NCBI GenBank assembly: GCA_036386455.1
Contig: DASVVS010000037.1
Span: forward strand, 15,713-79,712
Direction of reading: 5' to 3'
Source: Thermoleophilaceae bacterium
GTDB taxonomy: Bacteria; Actinomycetota; Thermoleophilia; Solirubrobacterales; Thermoleophilaceae
Length of the DNA stretch: 64,000 nt
In this document: one piece after another, positions 43,984 through 54,329 of the stretch
Position numbering within the stretch: position 1 is the first letter of the stretch
How the letters are laid out: each line of letters opens with the position of its first letter
Program-made: the position numbers and the translations under genes
The notes under the pieces: generated by a model
Told to the model about the DNA's origin: nothing
Database searches by the model: none
Seen by the model: the letters and a program-made list of their open reading frames with translations, nothing else

Positions 43984-44001
43984 CGCGGGGCGGAGCCGCG
44001 T

Positions 44002-45396
44002 CTAGCCGACCGGCGGGCGCCGCTCGGGCCAGCCGATCTCGGCCTCGAGCTGCGCGGCGAGCGAGAGCAGCGTGGCCTCGTCGTTCGGGCGGCCGACGAA
44101 CTGGGCCGACAGCGGTATCCCGCCGGGCCCGGTCTGCGGCGTCGGCACCGCGGCGGCGGGCTGACCGGTGAGGTTCCAGATGTTCGTGAACACCACGGTG
44201 CTCGCGCCGCGGTCGATGCTGCGCACGGCGCCGGCCCGCGCGTAGAAGCCGGCCACGTCCGGCGGGTGGGGCATCGTCGGCATGAGCAGCACGTCGGCGT
44301 GGTCGAAGACCTGGTTGATGCGGGCCGCGCGCCCGGCCTCGCGCGCGCGGGCCCAGCGCACGCCGCGCTCGCCGATCAGCCGGCCGAGCACGGCGAGGCG
44401 GCGGGTGCGCGTCTCGAGCGCCTCGGGGTGCGGGCTCTCGTCGACGTCGTCGGAGATCCCGCGCGCCCAGCGCGGCAGGAAGAGCGGCAGCAGCCAGCCC
44501 ACGTCGGGATCGCGCTCGTGCACCTCGTGGCCGAGCGAGCGCAGCAGGTCGGCCATCCCCTCGATCGCGCGCCGGACCGGCTCGGTCACCTTCGTGAGCG
44601 GGTCGGGCGACTTCGTCGAGAGCGCGATCCGCAGCTTGCCGGGCGGCGTGGCCGCCGACTCCGCGAACGGGCGGTCCGGGTCGGGCGCGCCGGCCCCGCC
44701 GGACACCACGTCGAGCCACAGCGCGGTGTCGATCGTGTAGCGCGTGACCGAGCCCGCCACGCTCAGCCCGTGCCAGTGCTCGTCGGCGCCCGACAGCGGC
44801 ACGCGGCCGCGCTGGGTCTTCAGGCCCACGAGGCCGCAGCAGGCCGCCGGGATCCGGATCGAGCCGCCGCCGTCGGTGGCCACGCCCGCGCCCACCAGCC
44901 CCGCCGCGACGGCGGCGCCGGAGCCGCCGCTCGACCCGCCGCAGGTGCGCGAGGTGTCCCACGGGTTGCGCGAGATGCCCCAGGCGTCCGACTCGGTCGC
45001 GGGCCAGATCGCGAGCTCGGGCATGTGCGTGCGGCCGATCACGATCGCCCCGGCCTCGCGCAGGCGCGCGACCATCTTCGCGTCCTCGCGTGCCGGGCCG
45101 TCGTAGGAGGCGGAGCCGTGCGCGGTGATCTCGCCCGCCACGTCGATGTTGTCCTTCACGGCCACCGGCACGCCCAGGAGCGGCCGCTCGCCGCCCGCCC
45201 CGGCGCGCCCCTCGGCCTGCTTGGCCTCGGCTCGCGCCCGCTCGGCCTCCACGCAGCGGAACGCGTTCAGGCGCGGGTCGATGCGCTCGATCCGGTCGAG
45301 GTACAGGTCCACCAGCTCGGTCGGCGAGACCTCGCGCGAGCGGATCAGCTCGGCCTGCCGGGCGATGCCCGCGAATGCCAGCTCGGTCGCGTCCAC
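44002..45396 (-). CDS. Amidase (amidase-signature family, GatA-like)
   Basis: 464 aa from the internal GTG 45396. ...[14 protein letters not shown]...[14 protein letters not shown]...[20 protein letters not shown] is the AS signature. Confidence 0.9.
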   Translation of the reverse strand: MDATELAFAGIARQAELIRSREVSPTELVDLYLDRIERIDPRLNAFRCVEAERARAEAKQAEGRAGAGGERPLLGVPVAVKDNIDVAGEITAHGSASYDGPAREDAKMVARLREAGAIVIGRTHMPELAIWPATESDAWGISRNPWDTSRTCGGSSGGSGAAVAAGLVGAGVATDGGGSIRIPAACCGLVGLKTQRGRVPLSGADEHWHGLSVAGSVTRYTIDTALWLDVVSGGAGAPDPDRPFAESAATPPGKLRIALSTKSPDPLTKVTEPVRRAIEGMADLLRSLGHEVHERDPDVGWLLPLFLPRWARGISDDVDESPHPEALETRTRRLAVLGRLIGERGVRWARAREAGRAARINQVFDHADVLLMPTMPHPPDVAGFYARAGAVRSIDRGASTVVFTNIWNLTGQPAAAVPTPQTGPGGIPLSAQFVGRPNDEATLLSLAAQLEAEIGWPERRPPVG

Positions 45397-45430
45397 GGAC
45401 GGGAGGGTCGCACAGTTAGGATCGAAGGCG

Positions 45431-46030
45431 ATGGAGGGGCTCGCCTTCGACGACCGCGGACTCGTCGCATGCGTCGTGCAGGACGCGCGCAGCGGCGAGG
45501 TGCTGACGCTCGCGTACATGAACGAGGAGGCGCTCGAGCGCACGCGCGCGACCGGCGAGACTCACTTCTGGAGCCGCTCGCGGCAGGAGCTGTGGCACAA
45601 GGGCGCGACCTCCGGCAACGTCCAGCGGGTGCGCTCGCTGCGCTACGACTGCGACCTCGACGCCGTGCTCGCGCTGGTGGACCCCGCCGGCCCGGCGTGC
45701 CACACCGGCGAGCGCACCTGCTTCCACAACGGCGACCTCGCGCCCGTGCCGCACGAGGCGCTGCCCGCGCTCGAGCGCACGATCGCCGCCCGCCGCGAGG
45801 AGCGGCCGGAGGGCAGCTACACCGCGGCGCTCCTGTCGGATCCGCCGCGGATAGGCGAGAAGGTCCGCGAGGAGGCCGACGAGGTGGCGCGCGCCGCGGA
45901 GGGCGAGAGCGACGAGCGCGTGGCGGAGGAGGCGGCCGACGTGCTCTACCACCTCACGGTGCTGCTGGCCTCGCGCGGGCTGGCGCTGGAGCACGCGCTC
46001 GGCGTGCTCAACGCCCGCCGGGGGAGCTGA
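45431..46030 (+). CDS. hisIE: Bifunctional phosphoribosyl-AMP cyclohydrolase / phosphoribosyl-ATP pyrophosphatase
   Basis: 199 aa from the internal ATG 45431. [25 protein letters not shown]...[20 protein letters not shown]...DCDLDAVL...CHTGERTCF (HisI), then ...SYTAALL...KVREEADEV...EAADVLYHL (HisE). Confidence 0.92.
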   Translation: MEGLAFDDRGLVACVVQDARSGEVLTLAYMNEEALERTRATGETHFWSRSRQELWHKGATSGNVQRVRSLRYDCDLDAVLALVDPAGPACHTGERTCFHNGDLAPVPHEALPALERTIAARREERPEGSYTAALLSDPPRIGEKVREEADEVARAAEGESDERVAEEAADVLYHLTVLLASRGLALEHALGVLNARRGS

Positions 46031-46075
46031 GGGGCGCCCCTGCTCCGCAGTCCGCTCGCGCTGCTGCTGGCGGCG

Positions 46076-47449
46076 GTGGCGGTCGTCATCGTCGCGTGGG
46101 CCCTGCTGGTGCCGCCGTTCTCGGTGCCGGACGAGACCGCGCACTTCAGCTACGTGCAGTCGCTCGCGGAGAACGGCGAGCGGCCGGCGCGCGGCGACGG
46201 AGACCCCGAGACCCGGCTGTTCTCGACCGAGGAGCAGGTCGCGCGGCAGCAGGTCCGCAACAGCGTCCACTTCTTCGACCCGGACGTGAAGCCGGCCTGG
46301 GAGCCGTCCGCCGAGCGCGCCTGGAGGGCGGCCTCCGAAGGCCTCCCGCGCGACGACAGCCGGGGCACCGGGCCGCAGGCGGGCCACCCGCCGCTCTACT
46401 ACGCCTACGAGGTCGCGCCGTACGCGGCCACCCCGGGCGGCGACCTCTTCGACCGGCTGTTCCTGATGCGGCTGTGGTCGGGTCTGCTGATGCTCGTCAC
46501 GGCGGCGGGCACGTGGCTCCTGATCGGCGAGCTGGTGCGCGACCGGGCGCTCCGGCTGGCGGGCGCGGCGTGCGTCGGCCTCCAGCCGATGGCGACCTTC
46601 GTCAGCGCGGGGGTGAACCCCGACGCGCTCCTGTTCGCCGCCTACGCGGTGACGCTGTGGCTGGCGGTGCGGGTCGCCCGCCGCGGGCCGAGCCGCGGCG
46701 CGGTGGCGGGCCTCGTGGCGGCGACGCTCGTCGTGAGCCTGACGAAGGCGGCCGGGCTGGCGCTCGTGCCGGCGGTGCTGGTGGTGCTCGTCGCCGCGGC
46801 CGCGCGGGGCAGGCGGCCGCGGGCGAGTGCGCGGGTGCTGGCCGCGATAGCGCTCGGCGCCGCCGTCGTGGTGGCGGCCGGGGTCGGGGCCAGCCAGGGG
46901 GTGCAGGACCGCGTGCCCGCCGACCTGCGCCTCGGCACGCTGCGCGGGTTCCTCACCTACCTGTGGGACTTCTACCTGCCGCGGCTCCCGTTCCAGCGCG
47001 ACTACGGGATGCCGGGCGGCGGCGGCGGATGGAACCTGCACGAGCAGACCTGGGCGGCCTTCGGCTTCCTCGAGGTGAGGTTCCCGGAGCCGGTCTACGT
47101 GCTGCTCGGAGCCCTGGCCCTCGCGGCGTTCGCGGGCGCGGCGCTGGCCGTGCGCAGGGGCCGGGTCGAGGTGGACCGCCTCACGCTCGCCGTGCTCGCG
47201 CTCACGACCCTGTGCCTGACGATCAGCCTCCACTGGCGCGACTTCCAGACGATCAGGATCGGGGACGGCCACGTGATCCAGGGGCGCTACTTCCTGCCGC
47301 TGATGCCGATCGCCGGCGTGGCCGTGGCGGCGGCGCTCGCCAACCTGCGCGAGCGGCTCCGGCCGGCCGGAGCCGGGCTGGTGCTGGGCGCGGCGGCGGC
47401 GCTCCAGCTCGCGTCGCTGTCGATCGTGGCGGGGAGGTTCCTTGCCTAG
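46076..47449 (+). CDS. DUF2142-like polytopic membrane protein (GT-C-like look)
   Basis: 457 aa. The early PDETAHFSY motif and about 10 TM helices are typical of DUF2142. The GTG start truncates the first helix. An in-frame CTG at 40 (46040) would restore LLRSPLALLLAAVAVVIVAWALLV. Confidence 0.65.
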   Translation: MAVVIVAWALLVPPFSVPDETAHFSYVQSLAENGERPARGDGDPETRLFSTEEQVARQQVRNSVHFFDPDVKPAWEPSAERAWRAASEGLPRDDSRGTGPQAGHPPLYYAYEVAPYAATPGGDLFDRLFLMRLWSGLLMLVTAAGTWLLIGELVRDRALRLAGAACVGLQPMATFVSAGVNPDALLFAAYAVTLWLAVRVARRGPSRGAVAGLVAATLVVSLTKAAGLALVPAVLVVLVAAAARGRRPRASARVLAAIALGAAVVVAAGVGASQGVQDRVPADLRLGTLRGFLTYLWDFYLPRLPFQRDYGMPGGGGGWNLHEQTWAAFGFLEVRFPEPVYVLLGALALAAFAGAALAVRRGRVEVDRLTLAVLALTTLCLTISLHWRDFQTIRIGDGHVIQGRYFLPLMPIAGVAVAAALANLRERLRPAGAGLVLGAAAALQLASLSIVAGRFLA

Positions 47450-48101
47450 CCGCACGCTCGCGTCCGTGCTCGCGCCCTGCGCCGTGGTGGCGCTCGCGCT
47501 GGTGCTCGCGGCCGCGGGCGACGAGCGCGAGCTCGCCTTCACGCACAACGTGCGCCCCACGCACGGCGTCGTCGAGATGGCGCCGGGCGGCGAGGCGTGC
47601 CAGTGGGGGATCGAGGCCGCCGCGGAGTTCGACGTCGTGGAGCCCCTGATCGGCACCCACGGCCGGCCGGGGCCGCCGCTGGCGCTGGCGGTCCGCGAGC
47701 TGGGGAGCGGCCGCGTGCTCGCCCGCGGCCGCATCCCGGGCGGCGCGCGCGACAACCGGCTCGTTCGCGGGCGCGTGGCGCCGCCCGTGGCGGAGGGGCG
47801 GGCGGTCGGCGTCTGCTTCCGGAACGAGGGCGCCGCGCCGGTTGTCTTCTACGGCGGCCCCAGCGGGGAGGCGCCCGGCCACGCGTTCGCCGGCATGCAC
47901 GCCGGGGCCGGCGACATGCGCCTCGCGTTCTACCGCGGCGAGCCGCGCTCGGCCCTCGCGTCGGTGCCGGACATGTTCAGGCGCGCCGCGCTGTTCCGCC
48001 CGGAGCCCGTGGGCGCGTGGACGTTCTGGCTGCTGCTCGTGCTGGTGGGCGCGGGCGTTCCGCTGCTCCTGGCCCGGGCCCTCCGGGCGACCCGTACTTA
48101 G
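47442..48101 (+). CDS. Hypothetical membrane-anchored protein
   Basis: 219 aa. TTG start overlapping the upstream gene by 8 nt. N-terminal signal/anchor (LASVLAPCAVVALALVLAAAG) and a C-terminal TM helix (WTFWLLLVLVGAGVPLLLA). Confidence 0.55.
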   Translation: MPSRTLASVLAPCAVVALALVLAAAGDERELAFTHNVRPTHGVVEMAPGGEACQWGIEAAAEFDVVEPLIGTHGRPGPPLALAVRELGSGRVLARGRIPGGARDNRLVRGRVAPPVAEGRAVGVCFRNEGAAPVVFYGGPSGEAPGHAFAGMHAGAGDMRLAFYRGEPRSALASVPDMFRRAALFRPEPVGAWTFWLLLVLVGAGVPLLLARALRATRT

Positions 48102-48113
48102 ACTGGCGCCTAC

Positions 48114-49139
48114 ATGCCCAACCCGGTGCTCACAGCCGCCATCGACCGCCTCGCCGCGCGCGAGGACCTGCCGGCCGACGACGCCTCCGCGGTGCTGCGC
48201 GAGGTCATGGAGGGTCGCGCGTCCGAGGCGGAGACCGCGGCCGTGCTGATCGCGCTGCGTACGAAGGGCGAGACGGTGGACGAGCTGGTCGGGCTGGCGC
48301 GCACGATGCGCGAGCTGGCCACGCAGGTGCGCGTGGACCTGCCGCACCTGCTCGACACCGCCGGGACGGGCGGGGGGCACCCGACGTTCAACGTCTCGAC
48401 GACGGCCGCGTTCGTGGCCGCGGGCGCCGGCTGCACGGTCGCGAAGCACGGCAACCGCTCGGCCACCGGGCGCTCCGGCTCGGCCGACGTGCTCGAGGCG
48501 CTCGGGGCGCGGATCGACCTGGAGCCCGCCGCGGTCGCGGACTGCATCGAGTCGGTCGGGTTCGGCTTCATGTTCGCGCCGGCCCACCACGCGGCCATGC
48601 GGCACGTCGTGCCGGTGCGGAAGGCCCTCGGGGTCCGGACGATCTTCAACTTCCTCGGCCCGCTCACGAACCCGGCCGGAGCCACGCGCCAGCTCATCGG
48701 CGTGTCCGACCCGGACTACATGGAGACGATCGCGGCGGCGCTCGGGCAGCTTGGCGCGGAGAGAGCGCTGGTAGTGTCGAGCGAGGATGGGTTGGACGAG
48801 ATCGGCGTGGCGGGGCCCACGCGCGCCGTGGAGCTGAGGGACGGGACGATCGAGACGCGGCGAATAACGCCGGAGGAGCTGGGCGTGGAGCCCGCGCCGC
48901 CGGGCGCCGTCGGCGCCGGCGAGCCCCATGAGAGCGCCGCGCTGGCGCGCAAGGTGCTGGCGGGCGGGGCCGGCCCGGACCGCTCGATCGTGGTGCTGAA
49001 CGCGGGCGCCGCGATCTACGTGGGCGGCGGCGCCGGCACGCTCGAGGCGGGCGCGCGGGCGGCCGAGGCGGCGATCGACTCGGGCGCGGCGCTGGACGCG
49101 CTGGAGCGCTTCGTGGCCCGCAGCCGGGAGCTGGCGTGA
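48114..49139 (+). CDS. trpD: Anthranilate phosphoribosyltransferase
   Basis: 341 aa. ...DTAGTGGG...FNVSTTAAFVAAGAG..VAKHGNRS..GRSGSADVLEALG... Confidence 0.95.
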   Translation: MPNPVLTAAIDRLAAREDLPADDASAVLREVMEGRASEAETAAVLIALRTKGETVDELVGLARTMRELATQVRVDLPHLLDTAGTGGGHPTFNVSTTAAFVAAGAGCTVAKHGNRSATGRSGSADVLEALGARIDLEPAAVADCIESVGFGFMFAPAHHAAMRHVVPVRKALGVRTIFNFLGPLTNPAGATRQLIGVSDPDYMETIAAALGQLGAERALVVSSEDGLDEIGVAGPTRAVELRDGTIETRRITPEELGVEPAPPGAVGAGEPHESAALARKVLAGGAGPDRSIVVLNAGAAIYVGGGAGTLEAGARAAEAAIDSGAALDALERFVARSRELA

Positions 49140-49933
49140 GCCTGCGGCTCGACGAGCTGATCGAGGCCACGCGCGAGCGGCTGGAGCGCGCCAAGCGCGA
49201 GCTGCCGCTGGCCGAGCTCGAGCGGATCGCCTCCACGCGCGCGGAGGGGCGCCCGTTCGCCGAGGCGCTGTCGCGGCCGGGCACCTCGCTGATCGCGGAG
49301 CACAAGCGGCGCTCGCCGTCCGCGGGCACGATCCGCGAGGGAGCGACGGTCACCGGCATCGCCCGCGCCTACGAGCGCGGCGGGGCCGCGGCGCTCTCGA
49401 TCCTCACCGAGGAGACGCACTTCGGCGGCTCGCTCGACGACCTGCGCGAGGCGCGCTCGGTCACCGACGTCCCGATCCTCCGCAAGGACTTCACGATCGA
49501 CCCGTACCAGCTCTGGGAGGCCAAGGCGGCCGGCGCGGACGCGGTGCTGCTCGTGGTCGGCTCGGTCCGCCCGCACGAGCTCGGCTCGCTCCACGGCCTG
49601 GCCCGGGACCTCGACCTGGATGCGATCGTCGAGGTCCACGACGAGGAGGAGCTGGAGATCGCGCTCTCGGTGGACGCCGACGTGATCGGCATCAACAACC
49701 GCAACCTCGAGGACTTCAGCGTGGACGTCTCGCGCACGTTCGAGCTGCTCCACGACGTGCCGGCGGGGAAGATCGTGGTGTCCGAGTCGGGCATCGCCGA
49801 CCGCTCGCAGATCGAGGAGCTGGAGGGGGTCGGCGTGGACGCCGTGCTGATCGGCGAGGCGCTGATGCGGGCGCCCGATCCGGAGGCGGCCGTCCGCGAG
49901 CTGACCCGCACCGAGGAGCCGACACAGGCCTGA
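49136..49933 (+). CDS. trpC: Indole-3-glycerol phosphate synthase
   Basis: 265 aa. ...LIAEHKRRSPSAG...AAALSILTEETHFGGS...PILRKDF...VEVHDEEELE...IGINNRNL.... Confidence 0.95.
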   Translation: MSLRLDELIEATRERLERAKRELPLAELERIASTRAEGRPFAEALSRPGTSLIAEHKRRSPSAGTIREGATVTGIARAYERGGAAALSILTEETHFGGSLDDLREARSVTDVPILRKDFTIDPYQLWEAKAAGADAVLLVVGSVRPHELGSLHGLARDLDLDAIVEVHDEEELEIALSVDADVIGINNRNLEDFSVDVSRTFELLHDVPAGKIVVSESGIADRSQIEELEGVGVDAVLIGEALMRAPDPEAAVRELTRTEEPTQA

Positions 49934-49992
49934 CGAGCGGCGGCCGCCGCGACCCGGCGGGCCGAGCCTCGCCGCTCCCTAACATCGCTCGG

Positions 49993-50943
49993 GTGAGCAC
50001 GGTCCCGCAGCTCGACCCCGCCGGGGTCCAGGCCCTCGGCGCGCGGCTCGCGGCCAACGTCCGGCGGGCGGTGAAGGTGCCGTCCGCGGCGCTCCGCGAC
50101 GTGATCGTCGCGCTCGTGGCCGAGGGGCACGTGCTGATCGAGGACAACCCGGGGGTGGGCAAGACCGCGCTGGCACGAAGCGTCGCGCGCACCATCGACG
50201 CCGAGTACGCCCGCATCCAGTGCACCGTGGACCTGCTGCCGGCGGACGTGGTGGGCACCAACGTCTTCAACCAGCGCGAGAGCCGGTTCGAGTTCCGGCC
50301 GGGTCCCGTGTTCGCGAACGTGGTGCTGGTGGACGAGATCAACCGCGCCTCGCCCAAGACGCAGTCGGGCCTGCTCGAGTGCATGCAAGAGCGGCACGTG
50401 ACGGTGGACGTGCACACGCACGAGCTCGCCCGTCCGTTCGTGGTGATCGCGACGCAGAACCCCGTCGAGTACGAGGGCACGTACCCGCTGCCCGAGGCGC
50501 AGCTCGACCGCTTCATGGTGCGGGTGGAGCTGGGCTACCCGGAGCCGGCGGACGAGGCCGAGATGCTGGGCGACCACGCGACCGGCGACCGCGTGCTGGA
50601 GCTCGAGCCGGTGGCGACGGTGAGCGAGATCGTGGCCGCCCAGGAGGCGGCCGCGCGCGTGCACGCGAGCGAGGCGCTGCGCCGCTACGTGGTCGGCGTG
50701 CTCGACGTGACCCGGCGCGACCCGCGCCTCGACCTCGGCGCCTCGCCGCGCGCGGGGCTGATGCTGCTGAAGGCCGCGAAGGCGCTCGCGGCGCTCGACG
50801 GCCGCGACCACGCGCTGCCCGACGACGTGCAGGCGCTCGCGATCTCGATCCTGCCGCACCGCCTTCTGCTGGCGCCGGACGCCGCGGGCACGGACCGGGT
50901 GAGCGTGGTGCGCGAGGCGCTCGACCGCGTGCCGGCGTTGTGA
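49993..50943 (+). CDS. MoxR-family AAA+ ATPase
   Basis: 316 aa. HVLIEDNPGVGKTALARS (Walker A), VVLVDEINRASPKTQSGLLECMQE (Walker B/sensor), ATQNPVEYEGTYPLPEAQLDRF. Confidence 0.92.
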   Translation: MSTVPQLDPAGVQALGARLAANVRRAVKVPSAALRDVIVALVAEGHVLIEDNPGVGKTALARSVARTIDAEYARIQCTVDLLPADVVGTNVFNQRESRFEFRPGPVFANVVLVDEINRASPKTQSGLLECMQERHVTVDVHTHELARPFVVIATQNPVEYEGTYPLPEAQLDRFMVRVELGYPEPADEAEMLGDHATGDRVLELEPVATVSEIVAAQEAAARVHASEALRRYVVGVLDVTRRDPRLDLGASPRAGLMLLKAAKALAALDGRDHALPDDVQALAISILPHRLLLAPDAAGTDRVSVVREALDRVPAL

Positions 50944-52025
50944 CCGGCGCCGGGCGGGCCTTCGGCGCGGCCCTGCTCGGCCTCGTCCTGCTGATCGGCG
51001 GCCTCGCGCTCGGCACCCCCAGCCTCTACCTGCCGGCCGTCGCGCTGATCCTGCTGGGGCTCGGCGCCGCCGCCTGGGTCGCGCTCGCGGCATCGGGCGC
51101 CGGCCTCGACCGCACCGCCGGCCCGCACACCGTCGAGGAGGACCAGCCCTGGCCGATCACCCTCGCGGTCCGGCCCGGCGCGGCTCCGGCACCCGCCGGC
51201 GAGCTGGTCGAGCCGCTGCTGGGCCAGCCGCTGCCCGCGGGCGTCGGCGCACCTGCCCGCGTGCGCGTGGACGTGCGCTTCGAGCGCCGCGGCCGCCGCC
51301 GGATCGAGCCGGCGCGACTCACGATCCGCGACCCGCTCGGACTCGCGGAGCGCACGGTCGAGAGCGACCCGGCCGAGGTGGTCGTGCTCCCGCGGATCCA
51401 CCCGGTGCTCGCGCCCGGCGCGGCGGCGACAGGCCGCATCGGCGCGCGGACCGCCCGGCCGGTGGCCGAGTCGGCCGAGGTCGAGATCGACGGCCTGCGC
51501 CCCTACCGCGCGGGCGTGCCCGCGAGCCGGATCCACTGGCCGGCCGTCGCCCGCCGCGGCGAGCTGGTCGAGCGGCGCGTGGTCGCCGACTCCGACTCGC
51601 GCCCGCTCGTGATCCTCGACGCGCGCCGCCCGCCGGACGAGGACGCGCTCGACCGCGCCGTGCGAGCGGCCGCCTCCCTGTCGGTCCACCTCGCGCGCGG
51701 CGGAGGCTGCGCCCTGCTCCTGCCCGGCGACCGCCGCCCCGCGGACGTGGACGCCGAGCTGCGCGCCTGGCCTGCGCTGCACGTGCGCCTGGCTCTCGTG
51801 GAGGCCGACTCCCGCCCGCCGGCGGCCGGCCGCGTGGAGCGGACCGGCGGGGTCTTCTGGGTCACGGCCTGCCCCGGCGTCCCCTCGGGCCTGGCGCGGC
51901 TCTCGGCGGGCGAGCGCTGGGTCGTCTCCCCATCCGGCGACGCCGCTCCGCCCGGCGGCTTCACGGTGGCGGGCTGCACGGGCCGCCGGCTCGGCCGGAC
52001 GGCGGCGGCGGCGAGGGCGGCGTGA
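50940..52025 (+). CDS. DUF58-domain protein (MoxR partner)
   Basis: 361 aa from the internal GTG 50940 (GTGA overlap). Two N-terminal TM helices, then ...GLRPYRAGVPASRIHWPAVARRGELVERR..., the typical DUF58 core. Confidence 0.8.
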   Translation: MTGAGRAFGAALLGLVLLIGGLALGTPSLYLPAVALILLGLGAAAWVALAASGAGLDRTAGPHTVEEDQPWPITLAVRPGAAPAPAGELVEPLLGQPLPAGVGAPARVRVDVRFERRGRRRIEPARLTIRDPLGLAERTVESDPAEVVVLPRIHPVLAPGAAATGRIGARTARPVAESAEVEIDGLRPYRAGVPASRIHWPAVARRGELVERRVVADSDSRPLVILDARRPPDEDALDRAVRAAASLSVHLARGGGCALLLPGDRRPADVDAELRAWPALHVRLALVEADSRPPAAGRVERTGGVFWVTACPGVPSGLARLSAGERWVVSPSGDAAPPGGFTVAGCTGRRLGRTAAAARAA

Positions 52026-54316
52026 GCGGGATCTCGGCCTCACCGTCCTGGATCAGGGTCGGTATGCGACCCCAGGGCAGGACGGTGGACCACGAAGGCT
52101 CGCTGCCGCTGCGCATCCTGACCTTCTCGGCGCTGCTGCTGTTCTGCGGCGGCCACTGGATCGGCTTCGTGGCGGAGGCCCCGGAGGGACGGCTGCTCCT
52201 GATCGTCCTGATCGCCGCCGTCTCCGGGAGCGGCCTGGCGCTGACGGGCCTCGTACCGGGCGGCCTGCCGGCGCGAGTGGCGGCGCGGTTGGGGCTGGTA
52301 GTGGCCGCCCTTGCGGCGGGCCTCCTCGCCATAGGCCTCGACGACCGCTACCTCCTGGACTGGAGCGCCCTCGCCGCCAACGTCGACGGCGGCCTGGCCG
52401 GCACCACCAGCGCCAACTGGCCCTACGCGGGCGACGACGCGTGGCTGCGCCTGACGGTCCTGCTCGCCCTCCCGGCGGTGGCCACGCTCGCCACTGCGCT
52501 CGCCTTCTGGCCGGCCCGGCGGGGAGCCGGCATCCTCCGCTCCGCCGCCCTCGTGCTTGTGGTCGCCCTCTACTCGCTCGCCGTCACCGAGCGCGGGCTC
52601 GGCGACCCGATCGGGCGCGGCCTGGTCCTGCTGATCCTCGTCGCCGCCTGGCTGTGGCTGCCGCGCCTGCGCGCCCGCGACGCCACGACCGCCGCCGCCG
52701 CCCTGCTCGCCGCCGGCGCCGTGGCCCTTCCGGTCGCGGCCGGCCTCAGCGAGCGCGAGGGCTGGTTCGACTACGAGAACTGGTCGCTCTTCGGCGACGA
52801 CGCGCGCGGTCCCGGCGCCACGTTCGACTGGTCGCACAGCTACGGGCCGATCGACTGGCCGCGCGACGGCAAGACGCTGCTGCGCGTGCGAGCCGCGCGC
52901 CCGCACTACTGGAAGGCCCAGACGCTGGACTACTTCGACGGCCTGCGCTGGGCCCACTCGAACGTCACGCAGAGCCAGGTGGCGCGGGCCGAGCTGCCGC
53001 ACGAGCGCAACCGGGCGTGGGACGAGCGCCTGTCGTTCCGGGTCGACGGCCTGAGCAGCCGGCTGGTGGTGGCCGCCGGGACCGTCTACTACGTGCGCGG
53101 CGACGCGCTCACGTCCGAGAGCGGCGACGGCACGATCACGATCGTCGACGACGACCTCGAGCGCGGCGACGCCTACGAGGTGTTCTCGTACGTGCCGAGG
53201 CCCAGCCCGCGCCAGATGCGCGCCGCGCCCGCGCGGTGGCCGGCGGAGATCGGCTACTACACGGCCTTCGAGCTCCCGCGCGCGAACGAGCGGCAGGGCC
53301 AGGGCCAGGTGGTCCCGAACCGCGAGCGCGTGGTCGCCGCCGAGCCCGGCACGCCGCTCGGCGACGACCCCGCCACGCGCGCCCGGATCGAGGCCTCGCC
53401 GTACCGCCGCACGTACGAGCTGGCCCGCCGCCTGGCCGCCGGGCAGGCGACCACCTACGACGTGGTACGGCGGATCGAGGAGCACTTCGAGCGCGGCTTC
53501 ACCTACACCGAGCGCCCGCCGCGGCGAGCCGTCCCGCTCGACGGCTTCCTGTTCCGCGACCGCGCCGGCTACTGCCAGCAGTTCTCCGGGGCGATGGCGC
53601 TGCTGCTGCGGATGAACGGGATCCCCGCGCGCGTGGCGGCCGGCTTCTCGCCCGGCGTGCGCGATCCCAAGACGCGCGAGTTCCGCGTGCGCGACCTCGA
53701 CGCGCACTCGTGGGTCGAGGTCTACTTCACCGGCATCGGCTGGGTCGCGTTCGACCCGACGCCGTCGCAGGCGCCGGCGTCCGCGCAGGAGTCGGACTCG
53801 CGCGAGCGCCGCGCGGCGGCGACCGGCAGCGGGGGCGGCGACGCGGCGGGCGGGGGCGACCAGGGCGGCGACTCGGCAGGCGGCGGGGCGGGCGCCGGCG
53901 ACGACGGCCGCTCCGTGCCGTGGAGAGCCGCCGCGGTGATCGCGCTGGTGCCGATCGCGCTGCTCGCCGGGCTGTGGCTGACCGCGCTTCTGCGGGCTCG
54001 CCGCGTCCGCGCCGCCGGCGGCGACCCCGACCTGCGCGAGCTGGTCTGGGCGCTCGACCGGCTCGGCCACCCGGTCGCGGAGGGGACGACCCTGCTCGAG
54101 CTCGAGGGGCGCCTCGCGGGGATCGCCGGGCCGGGCGCCGCACGGCACGTCAGGTCGCTGCGCGAGCGCCGCTACGCGCCGCCCGGCGTACGGCACGCGA
54201 CCGGGCTCGACCGCCGCGCGCTGCGGCGCGGCCTCGCCCGGGGCCGCGGGCCGCTCGCCCGGCTGCGCGCCCTGATGGCGCTGCCGCCGCGCCGCCCCAC
54301 GCTCGGCCGGGGCTAA
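52022..54316 (+). CDS. Transglutaminase-domain polytopic membrane protein (TgpA-like)
   Basis: 764 aa. N-terminal TM block, then the core ...RAGYCQQFSGAMALLLRMNGIPARVAAGF...DLDAHSWVEVYFTGIGWVAFDPTP (Cys-His-Asp). A Gly/Asp-rich linker and a C-terminal TM helix follow. Confidence 0.88.
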   Translation: MSGISASPSWIRVGMRPQGRTVDHEGSLPLRILTFSALLLFCGGHWIGFVAEAPEGRLLLIVLIAAVSGSGLALTGLVPGGLPARVAARLGLVVAALAAGLLAIGLDDRYLLDWSALAANVDGGLAGTTSANWPYAGDDAWLRLTVLLALPAVATLATALAFWPARRGAGILRSAALVLVVALYSLAVTERGLGDPIGRGLVLLILVAAWLWLPRLRARDATTAAAALLAAGAVALPVAAGLSEREGWFDYENWSLFGDDARGPGATFDWSHSYGPIDWPRDGKTLLRVRAARPHYWKAQTLDYFDGLRWAHSNVTQSQVARAELPHERNRAWDERLSFRVDGLSSRLVVAAGTVYYVRGDALTSESGDGTITIVDDDLERGDAYEVFSYVPRPSPRQMRAAPARWPAEIGYYTAFELPRANERQGQGQVVPNRERVVAAEPGTPLGDDPATRARIEASPYRRTYELARRLAAGQATTYDVVRRIEEHFERGFTYTERPPRRAVPLDGFLFRDRAGYCQQFSGAMALLLRMNGIPARVAAGFSPGVRDPKTREFRVRDLDAHSWVEVYFTGIGWVAFDPTPSQAPASAQESDSRERRAAATGSGGGDAAGGGDQGGDSAGGGAGAGDDGRSVPWRAAAVIALVPIALLAGLWLTALLRARRVRAAGGDPDLRELVWALDRLGHPVAEGTTLLELEGRLAGIAGPGAARHVRSLRERRYAPPGVRHATGLDRRALRRGLARGRGPLARLRALMALPPRRPTLGRG

Positions 54317-54329
54317 CCTCGCCCGGCAG

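Noticed and set aside
52022-54316. The transglutaminase-domain protein as a second B2-like protease of the lasso-type system.
   Set aside because: It is a 764-aa polytopic TgpA-like protein in a classic MoxR-DUF58-transglutaminase arrangement 48 kb away. The shared fold is only superfamily-level.
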